From: the human T2T-CHM13v2.0 reference genome, Homo sapiens
Assembly: GCF_009914755.1 (NCBI RefSeq)
Contig: NC_060927.1
Length of the DNA: 64,000 nucleotides
Direction: 5' to 3' (one strand)
The position numbers and the translations under genes were made by a program. Below, piece after piece: positions 30,766-46,113 of this stretch; within the stretch, counting starts at the first letter, position 1; every line of letters starts with the position of its first letter. The notes beneath the pieces were generated by a model. It saw nothing but the letters and a program-made list of their open reading frames with translations. It did no database searches and was not told where the DNA came from.

Positions 30766-32789
30766 ATGGGAAATCTATAGGCTGAAAAATTTGAATGGCC
30801 GAGTTGGGCAAGGGTTCAGTCTGGGAGGCATTCAATGCAAGCAAGAATTGTCATTGTCATTTTAGATATTCTTTAAGAATAAGCAAAATTTTTAGAAGGG
30901 TTGATAGGTATTAAGGTGTCAATGTGCTATGCCTTCTCAAATTATTACATGTTATACCAACATCCTTATAAAGAATAATATTTTTTCTGAAAGGGAAAGT
31001 ATGCTGGGTATAAAAGGCTTGGAATAAAGATTTTCTGATGTTCTTAAACACAGTAATAATATATCAAGCCAAATAAATTACCACTTTTTCTTTAATTTTT
31101 CTGATGGGAGAACAAATTGAATCTACACTAACTTTAAGAGACCTATAAATTCTATCAGAGAAGTCAAGAAATAAAATATTAATAAAATTACAATTTAAAT
31201 ATGGATTTTGTAAGAAGATGATCATGAGATGTGACCAAATTTATATGCACAATTAAAAGCCTAATTTGGGTCATTGTTTCATTTTCTGTGGCCTTTACAG
31301 TATTAATGCTGCAATAGAAAAAGAAGATTCAAGTTAATTCAGTAGAGAGTCAAACGCTGGCCACTGTAAATACAACTCTTGATTACTTCATTGGTAAAGG
31401 TAAATCATTGTGAAAGATTTCTGACAAAATCAGAATCCCCTTTTCCTGCTTAACCTTGCCCTTTCCCTTTCTTTTTGTATTGTGAGAATCAATACCTCCA
31501 ATATTTGGTGCTGAAATATTAATTTCCCATGTCATAAAACATCCCAGTCTCTTCAGCAAATTTTAAGTTCTCTAGTGTGATTGTGGCTTACTAGAGATTG
31601 TGGCTTATTGATTCTGTGTTATTGTTCATTACATGTAAATATTGTGATGATGTTTAAGATGATAAGGTACTAAATAAATAAAAGTTTTGATTACTTACTC
31701 TTTATAGTTGATGCTGAGTTATAATTATTCGGGTATAGATCTGCTTAGTTGAGCAAATTAAAACCACTAATTTCCTTGAAAATGTAGAATGATTTTAGAC
31801 AGATATTCTTCCACACATCTTTAATAGCATCTTATTTTGTTACTTATGTCTCAAGGAGCTAACAAATAATCTTTTATTAAATTTTTGATCTCAGGCACAG
31901 TGCTGGGTGCTTAGGAGAAGAAATGAATCACAGGTCCTTGCTCTTTAGGCACTTGTTGCATAACACAAAGGAACCATTTTTCTAAGATTCAAGGTTTTTC
32001 TTTTGCTATTTATAATTTTAAAATTCTGTTGAAGAATTAAATTTAATTAGCATTAATGAGAACCCACTTTTTCTCAGGGCCTTCCTTGGTTCAAGGGAGT
32101 ATAAAAAGACACACTCCCTATTCTCATGGAGGTAACCATGGCTGACTAGAGAACAACATAGGGTGACTCTGGTTGATCCTGAGAGTGGATGATGACTGAA
32201 TAATGCAGGAGCTCAGAAAGAGGTAGGACCATTATGGTTTTTGCTTGGTCAGCAGTCATAAGGACATGGTTCTAGAACTATAGTCTGAAGTATGAGAAGT
32301 CTGTGAAATGTAAGGAAAGCATTTCAGAGATTGAGTCTATTGAGAATAAGAAACCTTCGCTACACTTGGATGTGGTAAAAATAGATGGGGTTATATAAGC
32401 ACCATAATGAGTAATAAGTGCCTTGATATTACCCCACTCCCCCTACCATTCTCCCAGCCTTGCAGTGAACTGACTGCTGAATTATATATTTTCTTTTTTG
32501 GTAAAAAATTAAATAGTTATTTTTGCATCAGGGAGATATTGCAGAAGTTTTCACCCATCATTCGTCACTTTCCTCTGACTTAAAAATATGGAGCACAAGT
32601 TATCCTGACCGCCTTTCACTTAATAACAACGCTTTGTAAAAACACTTTTTGTCTGAGCAACTGCTCAGATACAGAGCATAGAGTATAAGTATTGTTCCAA
32701 GCAACGCACTTCTTGCAGAAACTGGAGGGAAGCCAAGAGAAAAATCAATCACAATTATTTTGAAATGAAGTTTCACAGTGTTCTCCTTA

Positions 32790-32915
32790 CATTATTATCT
32801 ATGAGTTTCCTAAGATCACTGACAATGTCTTACTCACTGTTGATTCCCTTGTCACCCAGAACTGTGTCCAGCAAATAATATGATGTAAATGTTTGTAAAA
32901 TGTATAAATAAGTAA
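32790..32915 (+). mobile_element. L2 3' end fragment
   Basis: tatgagtttcctaagatcactgacaatgtcttactcactgttg...cagaactgtgtccagca. Confidence 0.5.
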
Positions 32916-33041
32916 TAAGTAAAATTGACATCCATGCCAGGAAATCCAAACATTTGTCCTTTCACTCATTAACTATATCTGATCTTTTTCTCTCATATAG
33001 TTTCAAATATGGAAATATCTGTCAAAATATCTGCCATGTCC

Positions 33042-33348
33042 TTTTTTTTTTTTTTTTTTTTTTGAGACAGGGTTCTCACTTCGTCACCCAGGCTAAAGTA
33101 TAGTGATGCAATCTCAGCTCACTGCAGCTTCCACCTCCCAGGCTCAAGTGATCCTCCCACCTCAGGCCCCCCAAGAAGTTGGGACTACAAGTGCGCATGC
33201 AACCATGCCTGGCTAATTTTTGTATTTTGGTAGAGACAGGGTTTTGCTATACTGCTCAGGCTGGTCTTGAACTCCTGAGCTCAAACGATCTGCCTACCTT
33301 GGCCTCCCAAAGTGCTAGGATTACAGGTGTGAGCCACTGTACCTGGCC
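33042..33348 (-). mobile_element. AluJ
   Basis: gagacaggg, ggctcaagtgatcctcccacctc, ctcctgagctcaaacgatc; degenerate TSD tgccatgtcc / tgtcatgttc. Confidence 0.93.
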
Positions 33349-34090
33349 TGTCATGTTCTTAATGCCTGAAGTCTTCATGATTTATATTAGTGTCCCACAA
33401 AGTAAACACTGGAATAAAAGATCTGTTCACAGGATGAATTTTAAATTTCAGATTTCAACCTCTGAAATCTGATATGGTGGCTGGCTGGTGGTGGACTTCA
33501 TATTTTGGAGAAAAGATTAAGCAGGAGATCCCTACCAGCCCCCATTACTACCACAAACATCGACAGTCCTTCCTACAGGAGAATCCTGCAGTCCTCACAA
33601 CCCCGGATCTCAGTTTGGAGAGCTGCCAGGAATTCACACAGCTGCACTGCCCTAGATGAGGAGCACAAAGTGCATACTTTCCATCCCACACCCACCGGTT
33701 GTGAGCCAAGCCACTGCAGCATGATACCATCTTAAGACAGACACCTCTGGAGTGCATCTTTCTTAGGGCAGTAGCCACTGCATCTTTCCAGCAATGGGGC
33801 TCCACCTTCATTATGCCAAGCCCAGGTTAGTGGCTGAACATCACAACCCCAACTGTGCAGAGACTGGGCCTGGAATCAGCTATGATTCTGGTCCTAAACA
33901 GCAGGAAAACCAACTTCTGCTACTCTCACTTCCAGCCAGAGGAAAAGTATGGCAGTCCCACCCAAGGCAAACTTACCCTCACCCTAGAGCTGGTCAAACC
34001 ACTGTGCACCTTCCCCTAAGAGGCCTCTGAGTCTCCAAGCAGATGACATGCCACAAAGCCAGCAAAGAGCTATATGCCTGGGCTCAGGAC

Positions 34091-34990
34091 CTGAGAAACA
34101 GTCCCATAGTGCCCCTGCCCCCTCTGCAAACATGCCCTGGTCTTCCCAATGGTTCTGCACCCCGAGTAAGGTCCTGAGAAACAGTCCTACAAGCCATCAC
34201 CGGCAGGTATGCCCCTGGGCCAGCCAAGCAACCAAGAGCTCATGACCTGGATCAGAGAAACAATCCTGTGGTCTACCTACAGTGGGCACATCCCTGAGCT
34301 GGCCAAGTAACCTTGCACATGCATCCCAGACATGAAAAACATCCCTGTGGCCAACCCCAGTGGGTGTAAGCTTGAGGCAGTCAAGCAGATTGGTACCTAT
34401 GTCCCAGACCTGAGAAACAGCTTTGTGGGCCACCCTCCAACAGGCACATCCTCGCAGGCTGGTCAAGCTGCTGTATGCCCAAGTCCCAAGTTCAAGAAAG
34501 AGCCCCATGGGCCCCCTCTGGTGGGCAAACCCGCAGCTAACCAAGCAGCTCTGTATCTACGTCCTGGGCCTATACAATAGCCCCATGGGCCACATTCGGC
34601 AGATATACCCCTAGGCCAGTTGAGCATCCCTGCACCTGCATACCAGGCCTGAAAACAGCCCTGCAGATTGCAATTGGTGTTCATACCCCATCACCAAGTC
34701 TAGCCAAGCAGCTTTAGCTCATGTCCTAGGCTTGAGAAACAGGCCTGTGGGCCGACCCTGACAGACACATTTCTAGGCTGGCCAGCAGCTATGTGCCCAT
34801 ATTCTGGGCCTGAGAAATAACCCTCTAGGTCGCTCCTACCAAATGTGTCCCCAGGGTAGTGTACCAACCATGTGCCCTTGCTCATGGCCACAGTAACATC
34901 CCCAGGGACTAAACCCTGGAGAGCCAGACCCCAAGTTGGCCTAACCACTGTGTGCACACATTCATCCCTGACCTGAAAAATAGCACAGTG
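34091..34990 (+). repeat. Degenerate ~80-bp tandem array (about 11 units) in the L1MA 5' region
   Basis: ctgagaaacag-like anchors at 34091, 34174, 34253, 34332, 34410, 34492, 34570, 34649, 34732, 34810, (34890), 34973. Confidence 0.85.
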
Positions 34991-35242
34991 AGTATACCTA
35001 TGGCAAAGCCATACTATTATTGCCACAGTCTCTCTTATCCTAGGCCACTGAGAAATTCACAAATGCCAGTAATGTGGATTATAGCTGAAGAAACTACAGA
35101 GACTACACTACTATAGTAGGCCAGTGCACCCCACCAAACCAATACCCTAAGACCTATTCATACAAATAAGCATTTTCTAAAAAACCTGCTCCATGAAATT
35201 GAAAGAAGTCACTTTCCCACCAAATTCATAGATACTAACATA

Positions 35243-35813
35243 TGGTGTGGTGACTACTCAAAGATCTAGAAGCAAAAATACCATTTGACCCAGCAATCCC
35301 ATTACTGGAAATATAACCCCCAAAATATAAATTATTTTATTACAGAGACACATGCATGTGTATGTTCATTGCAGCACTATTCACAATAGCTATGACATAG
35401 AATCAACCTAATGATTCCATGTCAGCCCATCAGTGATAGACTGGGTAAAGAAATTGTGGTACCTATACACCATGACATACTATGCAGCTGTAAAAAGAAA
35501 CAAGACCATGTCCTTTGCAGGGACATGGATGGAACTGGAAGCTGTTATCCTCAGCAAACTAACGCAAGAACAGAAAACCAAAATAATGAGAACATGTGGA
35601 TACATGGAAAGGAAACAGCACACACTGGGGCCTTTCAGGGGATGTAGGGGTAGGGAGAGCATCAGGAAGAATAGCTAATGGTTGCTGGGCTTAATACCTA
35701 GGTGATGGGTTGATCTGTGCAGCAAACCACCATGGCACACGTTTACCTATATAACAAACCTGCACATCCTGCACATGTACCCCAGAACTTAAAATAGAAG
35801 TTGAACAAAAAAA
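35243..35813 (+). mobile_element. L1PA11-13-like 3' fragment nested in the L1MA
   Basis: ORF2 C-terminus (35433-35678); 3' UTR gagagcatcaggaagaatagctaatg; TSD agatactaacata 35230-35242 / agaaaataacata 35814-35826. Confidence 0.9.
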
Positions 35814-36262
35814 AGAAAATAACATAGGGACACATCAACTATGAAAAAATGTCACCTCCAAAGAAAAACAATAATTCTCCAACAGACACTAATCATAAGG
35901 AAATATATAAAAAGCCAGAAAAATAATTTAAAATAATAACCTTCAGGAAAATCAGTGATATACAAGAGAACATGTGTACACAATTCAATGAAATCAGGAA
36001 AAAAATTATGATTTGAATGAGAAATTCAACAGAGATAGCTATCGTACAAAATAGTCAAACAGAAACCTAGAGCTAAGTAATTTAATGAATGAAATGAAAA
36101 TACAATAAGAGCTTCAACAAACTAGACATAGCAGAAGAAAGAATTTTTGAACTTGAAGACAAGTCTTTTGAAATAACACAAGCAGACAAAAAAGATAAAA
36201 GAACACAAAGGAATGAAAAAAGCCTATGGGATTTATGGGACACCATTAAACACATTAAGTTG

Positions 36263-36263
<1 letters not shown>

Positions 36264-36311
<48 letters not shown>
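36264..36311. repeat. (GAAA)12 microsatellite
   Basis: Perfect tetranucleotide run inside the L1MA ORF1 remnant. Confidence 0.98.
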
Positions 36312-36313
<2 letters not shown>

Positions 36314-37327
36314 GCAAGCAATTCACATTATTCACATTCCAGAAAGAGAAGAGAAGGAAAAGAGAAGAGAAGGAAAACATATTTAATAAAATCATAGCAG
36401 GAAGCCTCCCAAGTCTTGGGATAAAGAGAGGCCTCCATGTTTAGGAAGCGCAAAAACCTCAGATAGATTCAACCCAAACAGGCCAACAGCATGAAAACAT
36501 GCAAAACTATAAAACTCACTGGTAGAGCTGATACACAAAAGAGAAAGAAAAATAAATAAATCCTACCACTACGGAAAACCACACAGCTGTAAAAATAAGC
36601 AATAACAGAGAAAATAGGGAAGAAAGGATATACAAAATAACCCAAAACAATCAATAAAATCACAGGAATAAGTCATTACCTATCAATAATAACCCTGAAT
36701 TTAGATAGACTAAATTCCCATCTAAAAGATATGGACTGGCTGAATGAATATAAAAATCAGACCTGACTATATTCTGCATACGGGAACCTCACCTCACCTT
36801 AAAAGATACACAGACTGAAAGATAAGGGATGGAAAAGTATATTCCATACAAATAGAAACCAAAAACACGTGAGAACAGTTATATCAGACAAAACAGAATC
36901 CAAGTTAAAAGCAGTAAAAAGAGACAAAGAAATTATAAAGTAATAAAGGAATCAATCCAGCAAGAGAATATAACAATTGTAAATATATATGTACCCAACA
37001 CCAGAGCACCCGATATATAAAGCAAATATTGGATCTACAGGGATAAATAACTGCCAATAAGATAATAGCTGAGGAATTCAACAGCCCACTCTCTGCATTG
37101 GACAGATCATTTAGATAGAAAATCAACAAGAAACATCAGATTTAAATTGCACATTATACAAAATGGATCTAACCAATTTACAAAACATTTCAACCAACAG
37201 CTGTCAAGTACACATGCTTTTCCTCAGCACGTAAGAATTTTCATCAGCACATCAGCAATTTTCCAGAACTGACTGTATGTTAGAATATGAAACAATATTC
37301 AATAAATTTTTAAAAATTGGAATTAAA

Positions 37328-38359
37328 CCGAGCAGTTCCAAGATGGTCGAATAGGAACAGCTCCAGTCTACAGCTCCCAGTGTGAGCAATGCAGAAGATG
37401 GATGATTTCTGCATTTCCAACTGAGGTACCAGGTTCATCTCACTGGGCTTGTTGGACAGTGGGGGCAGGACAGTGGGTGCAATCAACTGAGTGTGAGCCG
37501 AAGCAGGGCGAGGCATCGCCTCACCCGGGAAGTGCAAGGGGTCAGGGAATTCCCTTTCCTAGCCAAGGGAAGTGGTGACAGATGGCACCTGGAAAATCGG
37601 GTCACTCCCACCCTAATACTGCGCTTTCCCAACGGTCTTAGCAAACGGCACACCAGGAGATTATATCCGGCTCCTGGCTCGGAGGGTGCCACACCCATGG
37701 AGCCTCACTCATTGCTAGCACAGCAGTCTGAGATAGAACTGCAAGTTGGCAGCGAGGCTGGGGGAGGGGCGCCCGCCATTGCTGAGGCTTAAGTAGGTAA
37801 AAAAAGTGGCTGGGAAGCTTGAACTGGGTGGAGCCCACCGCAGCTCAAGGAGGCCTGCCTGCCTCTGTAGACTCCACCTCTGGGGGCAGGGCATAGCCAA
37901 ACAAAAGGCAGCAGAAACCTTTGCAGACTTAAATGTCCCTGTATGACAGCTTTGAAGACTCTCAGCACAGAGTTTGAGATCTGAGAGTGGACAGACTGCC
38001 TCCTCAAGTGGGTCCCTGATCCCCGAGTAGCCTAACTGGGAGACACCCCCAAGTAGGGGCAGACTGACACCTCACACAGCCAGGTACCCCTCTGAGACAA
38101 AGCTTCCAGAGGAAGGATCAGGCAGAAACATTTGCTGTTCAGCAATATTTGCTGTTCAGCAATATTTGCTGTTCTGCAGCCTCCACTGCTGATACCCAGG
38201 CAAACAGGGTCTGGAGTGGATCTCCAGCAAACTCCAACAGACCTGCAGCTGAGAGTCCTGACTATTAGAAGGAAACTAACAAACAGAAAGGACATCCACA
38301 CCAAAACCCCATCTGTACGTCACCATCATCAAAGACCAAAGGTAGATAAAACCACAAAC
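37328..38359 (+). promoter_or_regulatory. L1PA 5' UTR (internal sense and antisense promoter region), CpG-decayed
   Basis: caagatgg YY1 motif near the 5' end; sequence colinear with the primate L1 5' UTR; activity not shown. Confidence 0.7.
37483..37779 (-). pseudogene. L1 ORF0, interrupted by TGA at codon 25
   Basis: MAGAPPPASLPTCSSISDCCASNE*GSMGVAPSEPG...IRVGVTRFSRC matches primate L1 ORF0. Confidence 0.85.
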
Positions 38360-39377
38360 ATGGGGAAAAAACAGAGCAGAAAAGCTGAAAATTCTAAAAA
38401 TCAGAGCACCTCTCCCCCTCCAAAGGAACGCAGCTCCTCGCCAGCAATGGAGCAAAGCTGGATGGAGGATGACTTTGACGAGTTGAGAGAAGAAGGCTTC
38501 AAGACGATCAAACTTCTCCGAGCTAAAGGAGGAAGTTTGAACCCATCGCAAAGAAGCTAAAAACTTTGAAAAAAAATTAGACAAATGGCTAACTAGAATA
38601 ACCAGTGTAGAGAAGTCCTTAAATGAACTGACGGAGCTGAAAAGCAAGGCATGAGAAATACGCAACGAATGCACAAGCTTCAGTAGCCGAATCGATCAAC
38701 TGGAAGAAAGGGTACCAGTGATTGAAGATCAAACGAATGAAATGAAGTGAGAAGAGAAGTTTAGAGAAAAAAGAGTAAAAAGAAATGAACAAAGCCTCCA
38801 AGAAATATGGGACTATGTGAAAAGACCGAATCTACATCTGAGTGGTGTCCCTGAAAGTGACAGGGAGAATGGAACCAAGTTGGAAAACACTCTGCAGGAT
38901 ATTACCCAGGAGAATTACCCCAACATAGCAAGGCAGGCCAATATTCAAATTCAGGAAATACAGAGAATGCCACAAAGATACTCCTCAAGAAGATCAACTC
39001 CAAGACACATAATTGTCAGATTCACCAAAGTTGAAATGGAGGAAAAAATGTTAATGGCAACCAGAGAGAAAGGTCGGGTTACCCACAAAGGGAAGCCCAT
39101 CAGACTAACAGCAGAACTCTCGGCAGAAACTCTACAAGCCAGAAGAGAGTGGGGGCCAATATTCAACATTCTTAAAGAAAAGAATTTTCAACCCAGAATT
39201 TCATATCCAGCCAAACTAAGCTTCATAAGTGAAGGAGAAATAGAATCCTTTACAGACAAGCAAATGCTGAGAGATTTTGTCACCACCAGACCTGCCCTAA
39301 AAGAGCTCCTGAAGGAAACACTAAACATGGAAAGGAACAACCAGTACCAGCCACTGCAAAAACACGCCAAATTGTAA
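38360..39377 (+). pseudogene. L1 ORF1p, disrupted
   Basis: MGKKQSRKAENSKNQ...; frameshift near 38500; CGA>TGA stops near 38652 and 38748; C-terminal part (RSTPRHIIVRF, ARREW, YPAKLS) open. Confidence 0.93.
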
Positions 39378-39440
39378 AGACCATCGAGGCTAGGAAGAAA
39401 CTGCATCAACTAATGAGCAAAATCACCAGCTAACATCATA

Positions 39441-42804
<3,364 letters not shown>

Positions 42805-43531
42805 CAATGAGAACACTTGGACACAGGAAGGGAAACATCACACACTGGGGCCTGTTGTGGGGTGGTAGGAGTGGGGAGGGATAGCGTTAGGTGATATACC
42901 TAATGTAAATGACGAGTTAATGGGTGCAGCACACCAACATGGCACATGTATACATATGTAACAAATCTCCACATTGTGCACATGTACCCTAGAACTTAAA
43001 GTATAATAATAATAAAGGAATCAATTAAAAAAAAGAAATTAAATCAAGTATCTTATCTGACCACAAAGGAATACAACTAGATATCAATAACAAGAGGAAC
43101 ATTCAAAACTATACACATATATGGAAAGTAAATTATATGCTCCTGAATGATCAATGGATGAAGGAAGAAATTAAGAATAATGTTAAAAGATATCTTGAAA
43201 CAAATAAAAATGGAAACATAGCATACGAAAACCTGTGAGACACAGAAAAAGGAGTATTAAGAGGCAATTTTATGGCATTAAATGCCGACATCAAAATACT
43301 GGAAAGATTTTAAATAAATAACGTAACAATACATTTCAAGGAACTAGAAAAGCAAGAATAAAACAAACCCCAAATTAGTAGAAGGAAAGAAATAGTAAAG
43401 ATTGGAGCAGAAATAAATGAAATTGAGACTAAAACATGATACTAAAGATCAACAAAACAAAAAGCTGTTGTTTTATAAAACTGATAAGCAAAATTCACAA
43501 ACTAAAGAAAATTGACAAACAGTTAGCTACA

Positions 43532-43667
43532 CTAAGTAAAAAAGAAAGAGGACACCCAAATAAATAAAGTCAGAAATGAAAAAGGAGATTTTTTTAATTT
43601 CTGACTTTATTTGGGGTTTTTTCATTTCTGACTATTTATTTGGATGTTCTCTTTCTTTTTTACTTAG
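43532..43667. repeat. Local inverted duplication (two inverted copies) inside L1MA ORF2
   Basis: 43618-43667 and 43591-43615 are reverse complements of parts of 43532-43583. Confidence 0.9.
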
Positions 43668-45982
43668 ATACCACGAAAATATAAAGAATCTTTAGAGACT
43701 GCTATGGAAAACTATACACCATTAACCTTAAAAACCTAGAGGAAATGGATAAATGAGAGGACACATACTATCACCAAGATTGAACCAGGAAGAAATAGAA
43801 AATCTGAACAGGCCAACAACGAGTAATGAGATGGAATCAGTAACAAAAATTCTTCCAGTAAAGAAAAGTTCGTGACTGGATAGCTTCACTGCTGAATTCT
43901 GCCAAACACTGAAGGAAGAATTAATATCAATTCATCTGAAACTATTCCAAAAAACTGAAGCAGAGGGTGTTCCTTCAAATTCATTCCACAAGGCCAGCAT
44001 AACTCTGACACCAAAAGCAGTAAAGATATAACAACGAAAGAAAACTACAGGCAAGATCCCTGGTGAAAACAGACATAAAGATTCTCAACAAAATATAAGC
44101 AAACTGAATCCAAGGAAATATCAGAAAGAAAATACACTATCCCAATAATGTATTTATTGTATAAATCCCAGTAATCCCAAGTGGGATTTATTCCAATAAT
44201 ACGAGAATGATTCAACATATGAAAATCAACTAAAGTCATATATCACATCAATAGACTGAAGGGTAGAAACCATATGACTATCTCAATAAATTCAGAAAAA
44301 GCATTGATAAAATTCAGCAACATTTCATGATAAAAACTCTTAATAAACTAGGTACAGAAAGAAAATATTTCAACATAATAAAGGCCATATATGACGAATC
44401 TACCATTAACATATTACTGATCAACGATAGCTGAATGTCTTTTCTCTAAGAACTGGAACAAGACAAAGATGTCCACTCTCACCACTTAGTCAACATAGTA
44501 CTAAATGTCCTACCCCGAGAAATTAGGCAAGAGAAAGAAATAAAGGACATCCAAATTGGAAAGGAGGAAGCAAAATTGTCCCCGTTTTCACAGGACATTA
44601 TCTTATATAGAGAAAACCAAAAGATTCTACAACAAAACTCTTAGAACTGCTAAACAAATTCAGAAAGTAGCAGGATACAAAATTAATATACAAAAATCAG
44701 CAGCATTTCCATACATGAGCAACAAACTAGCTGAAAATGAAATCAATAAGACAATCCCATTTAAAATATCTACCAAAAAAACCAAAATACCTAGGAATAA
44801 ATTTAACCAAGGAGGTGAAAAACATCTAAAAGTAAAACTACAAAACACTGGTGAAAGAAACTGAAGGGGATACAAACAAATGGAAAGACATCCCATGGTG
44901 ATAGATTGGAAGAATTAATAGTGTTAAAATGACAATACTACCCAAAGCAATCTATGAATACAATGAAATCACTGCCAAAATACCAATGACATTTTTCACA
45001 GAAACAGAAAAAACAATCTCAAAATTTATATGGAACCACAGAAGACACTAAGTAGCTTAAAGTGATTCCAAGCAAAAAGAACAAAGCTGTAGGTATCACA
45101 CTATCAGACCTCAAAATATATTACAAAGCTGTAGTAACCAAATCAGTGTGGTACTGGCATAAATATATAGACACAGACAAATGAAAAAAATAGAGAACCC
45201 AGAAATTAATTCACCTATCTACAGCCAACTTGTTTTTGACAAAGTTGCCAAGACACTCATTGAGGAAAGGACAGTCTCTTCAATAAAAGGTGCTGGAAAA
45301 CAGGATATCCATATGCAGAAGAGTGAAACTAGACTCCGTACCTCTCGTCCTATACAAAAATCAACTCAAATTGGATCAAGAACATAAATGTAATACCTGA
45401 AAGAATAAAACTACTAAAAGAAAAGATAGGGAAAATGCTTTGGGACATTGGTCTGGAAAAATATTTTATATATAAGCCCTTAAAAGCACATGCAACAGAA
45501 GCAGAAACATGCAAATGAGATTATATAAAACTAAAAAGTTTCTGAACAGCAAAGGAAGCAAACAAAAGAGAAAAAAAGACAAACTACAGAACAGAATGAA
45601 GTATTTGCAACTACTCATCTGACAGATTAATATCAAGAATATACAAAGAACTCACACATCTCAACAGCAGAAAAACAAACAATTCAATTAAAAATAGGCA
45701 AATTATCTGAAAATATATTTCTCAAAGAAGACATATAAATAGCTAACAAATATCTATAAAAATTATTAACATCACTAACCATCGGGGAATGCAAATAAAA
45801 ATCACTATGAGGTATCATCTCACCCCAGTTACTCTGGCTATTATCAAAAAGATCAAAAATAATAAATGCTGACAAGGATGTGGAGAAAAGGGAACTCTTA
45901 AACACTGTTGGTGGGAAATGTAAACTAGTAAAGCTACTATGAAGAACAGTATAAGGGGGTCCCACAAAAAACTACAAATAGA

Positions 45983-46113
45983 GGCTGGGCATGATGGCTC
46001 ACTCCTGTAATCCCAGCACTTTGGGAGGCTGAGGCAGATGGATTGCTTGAGCTCAGGAGTTCAAGACCAGCCTGACCAACATGGTGAAAAAAAAAACAAA
46101 AAACAAAACAAAA
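45983..46113 (+). mobile_element. Alu left monomer only (AluJ/FLAM-like) with A-rich tail
   Basis: Stops at catggtgaaa, then an A/C tail; TSD aaaaaactacaaataga 45966-45982 / aaaaaacgataaataga 46114-46130. Confidence 0.92.

Noticed and set aside
32652-32669. Near-palindrome tctgagca-ac-tgctcaga
   Set aside because: 8-bp arms are within chance expectation for 64 kb.
34091-34990. CRISPR-like periodicity
   Set aside because: Whole units are homologous rather than repeat plus unique spacer; primate L1 context; no cas genes.
33179-35026. Dense overlapping ORFs on both strands
   Set aside because: By-product of GC-richer Alu and L1 5' sequence; no recognisable domain.
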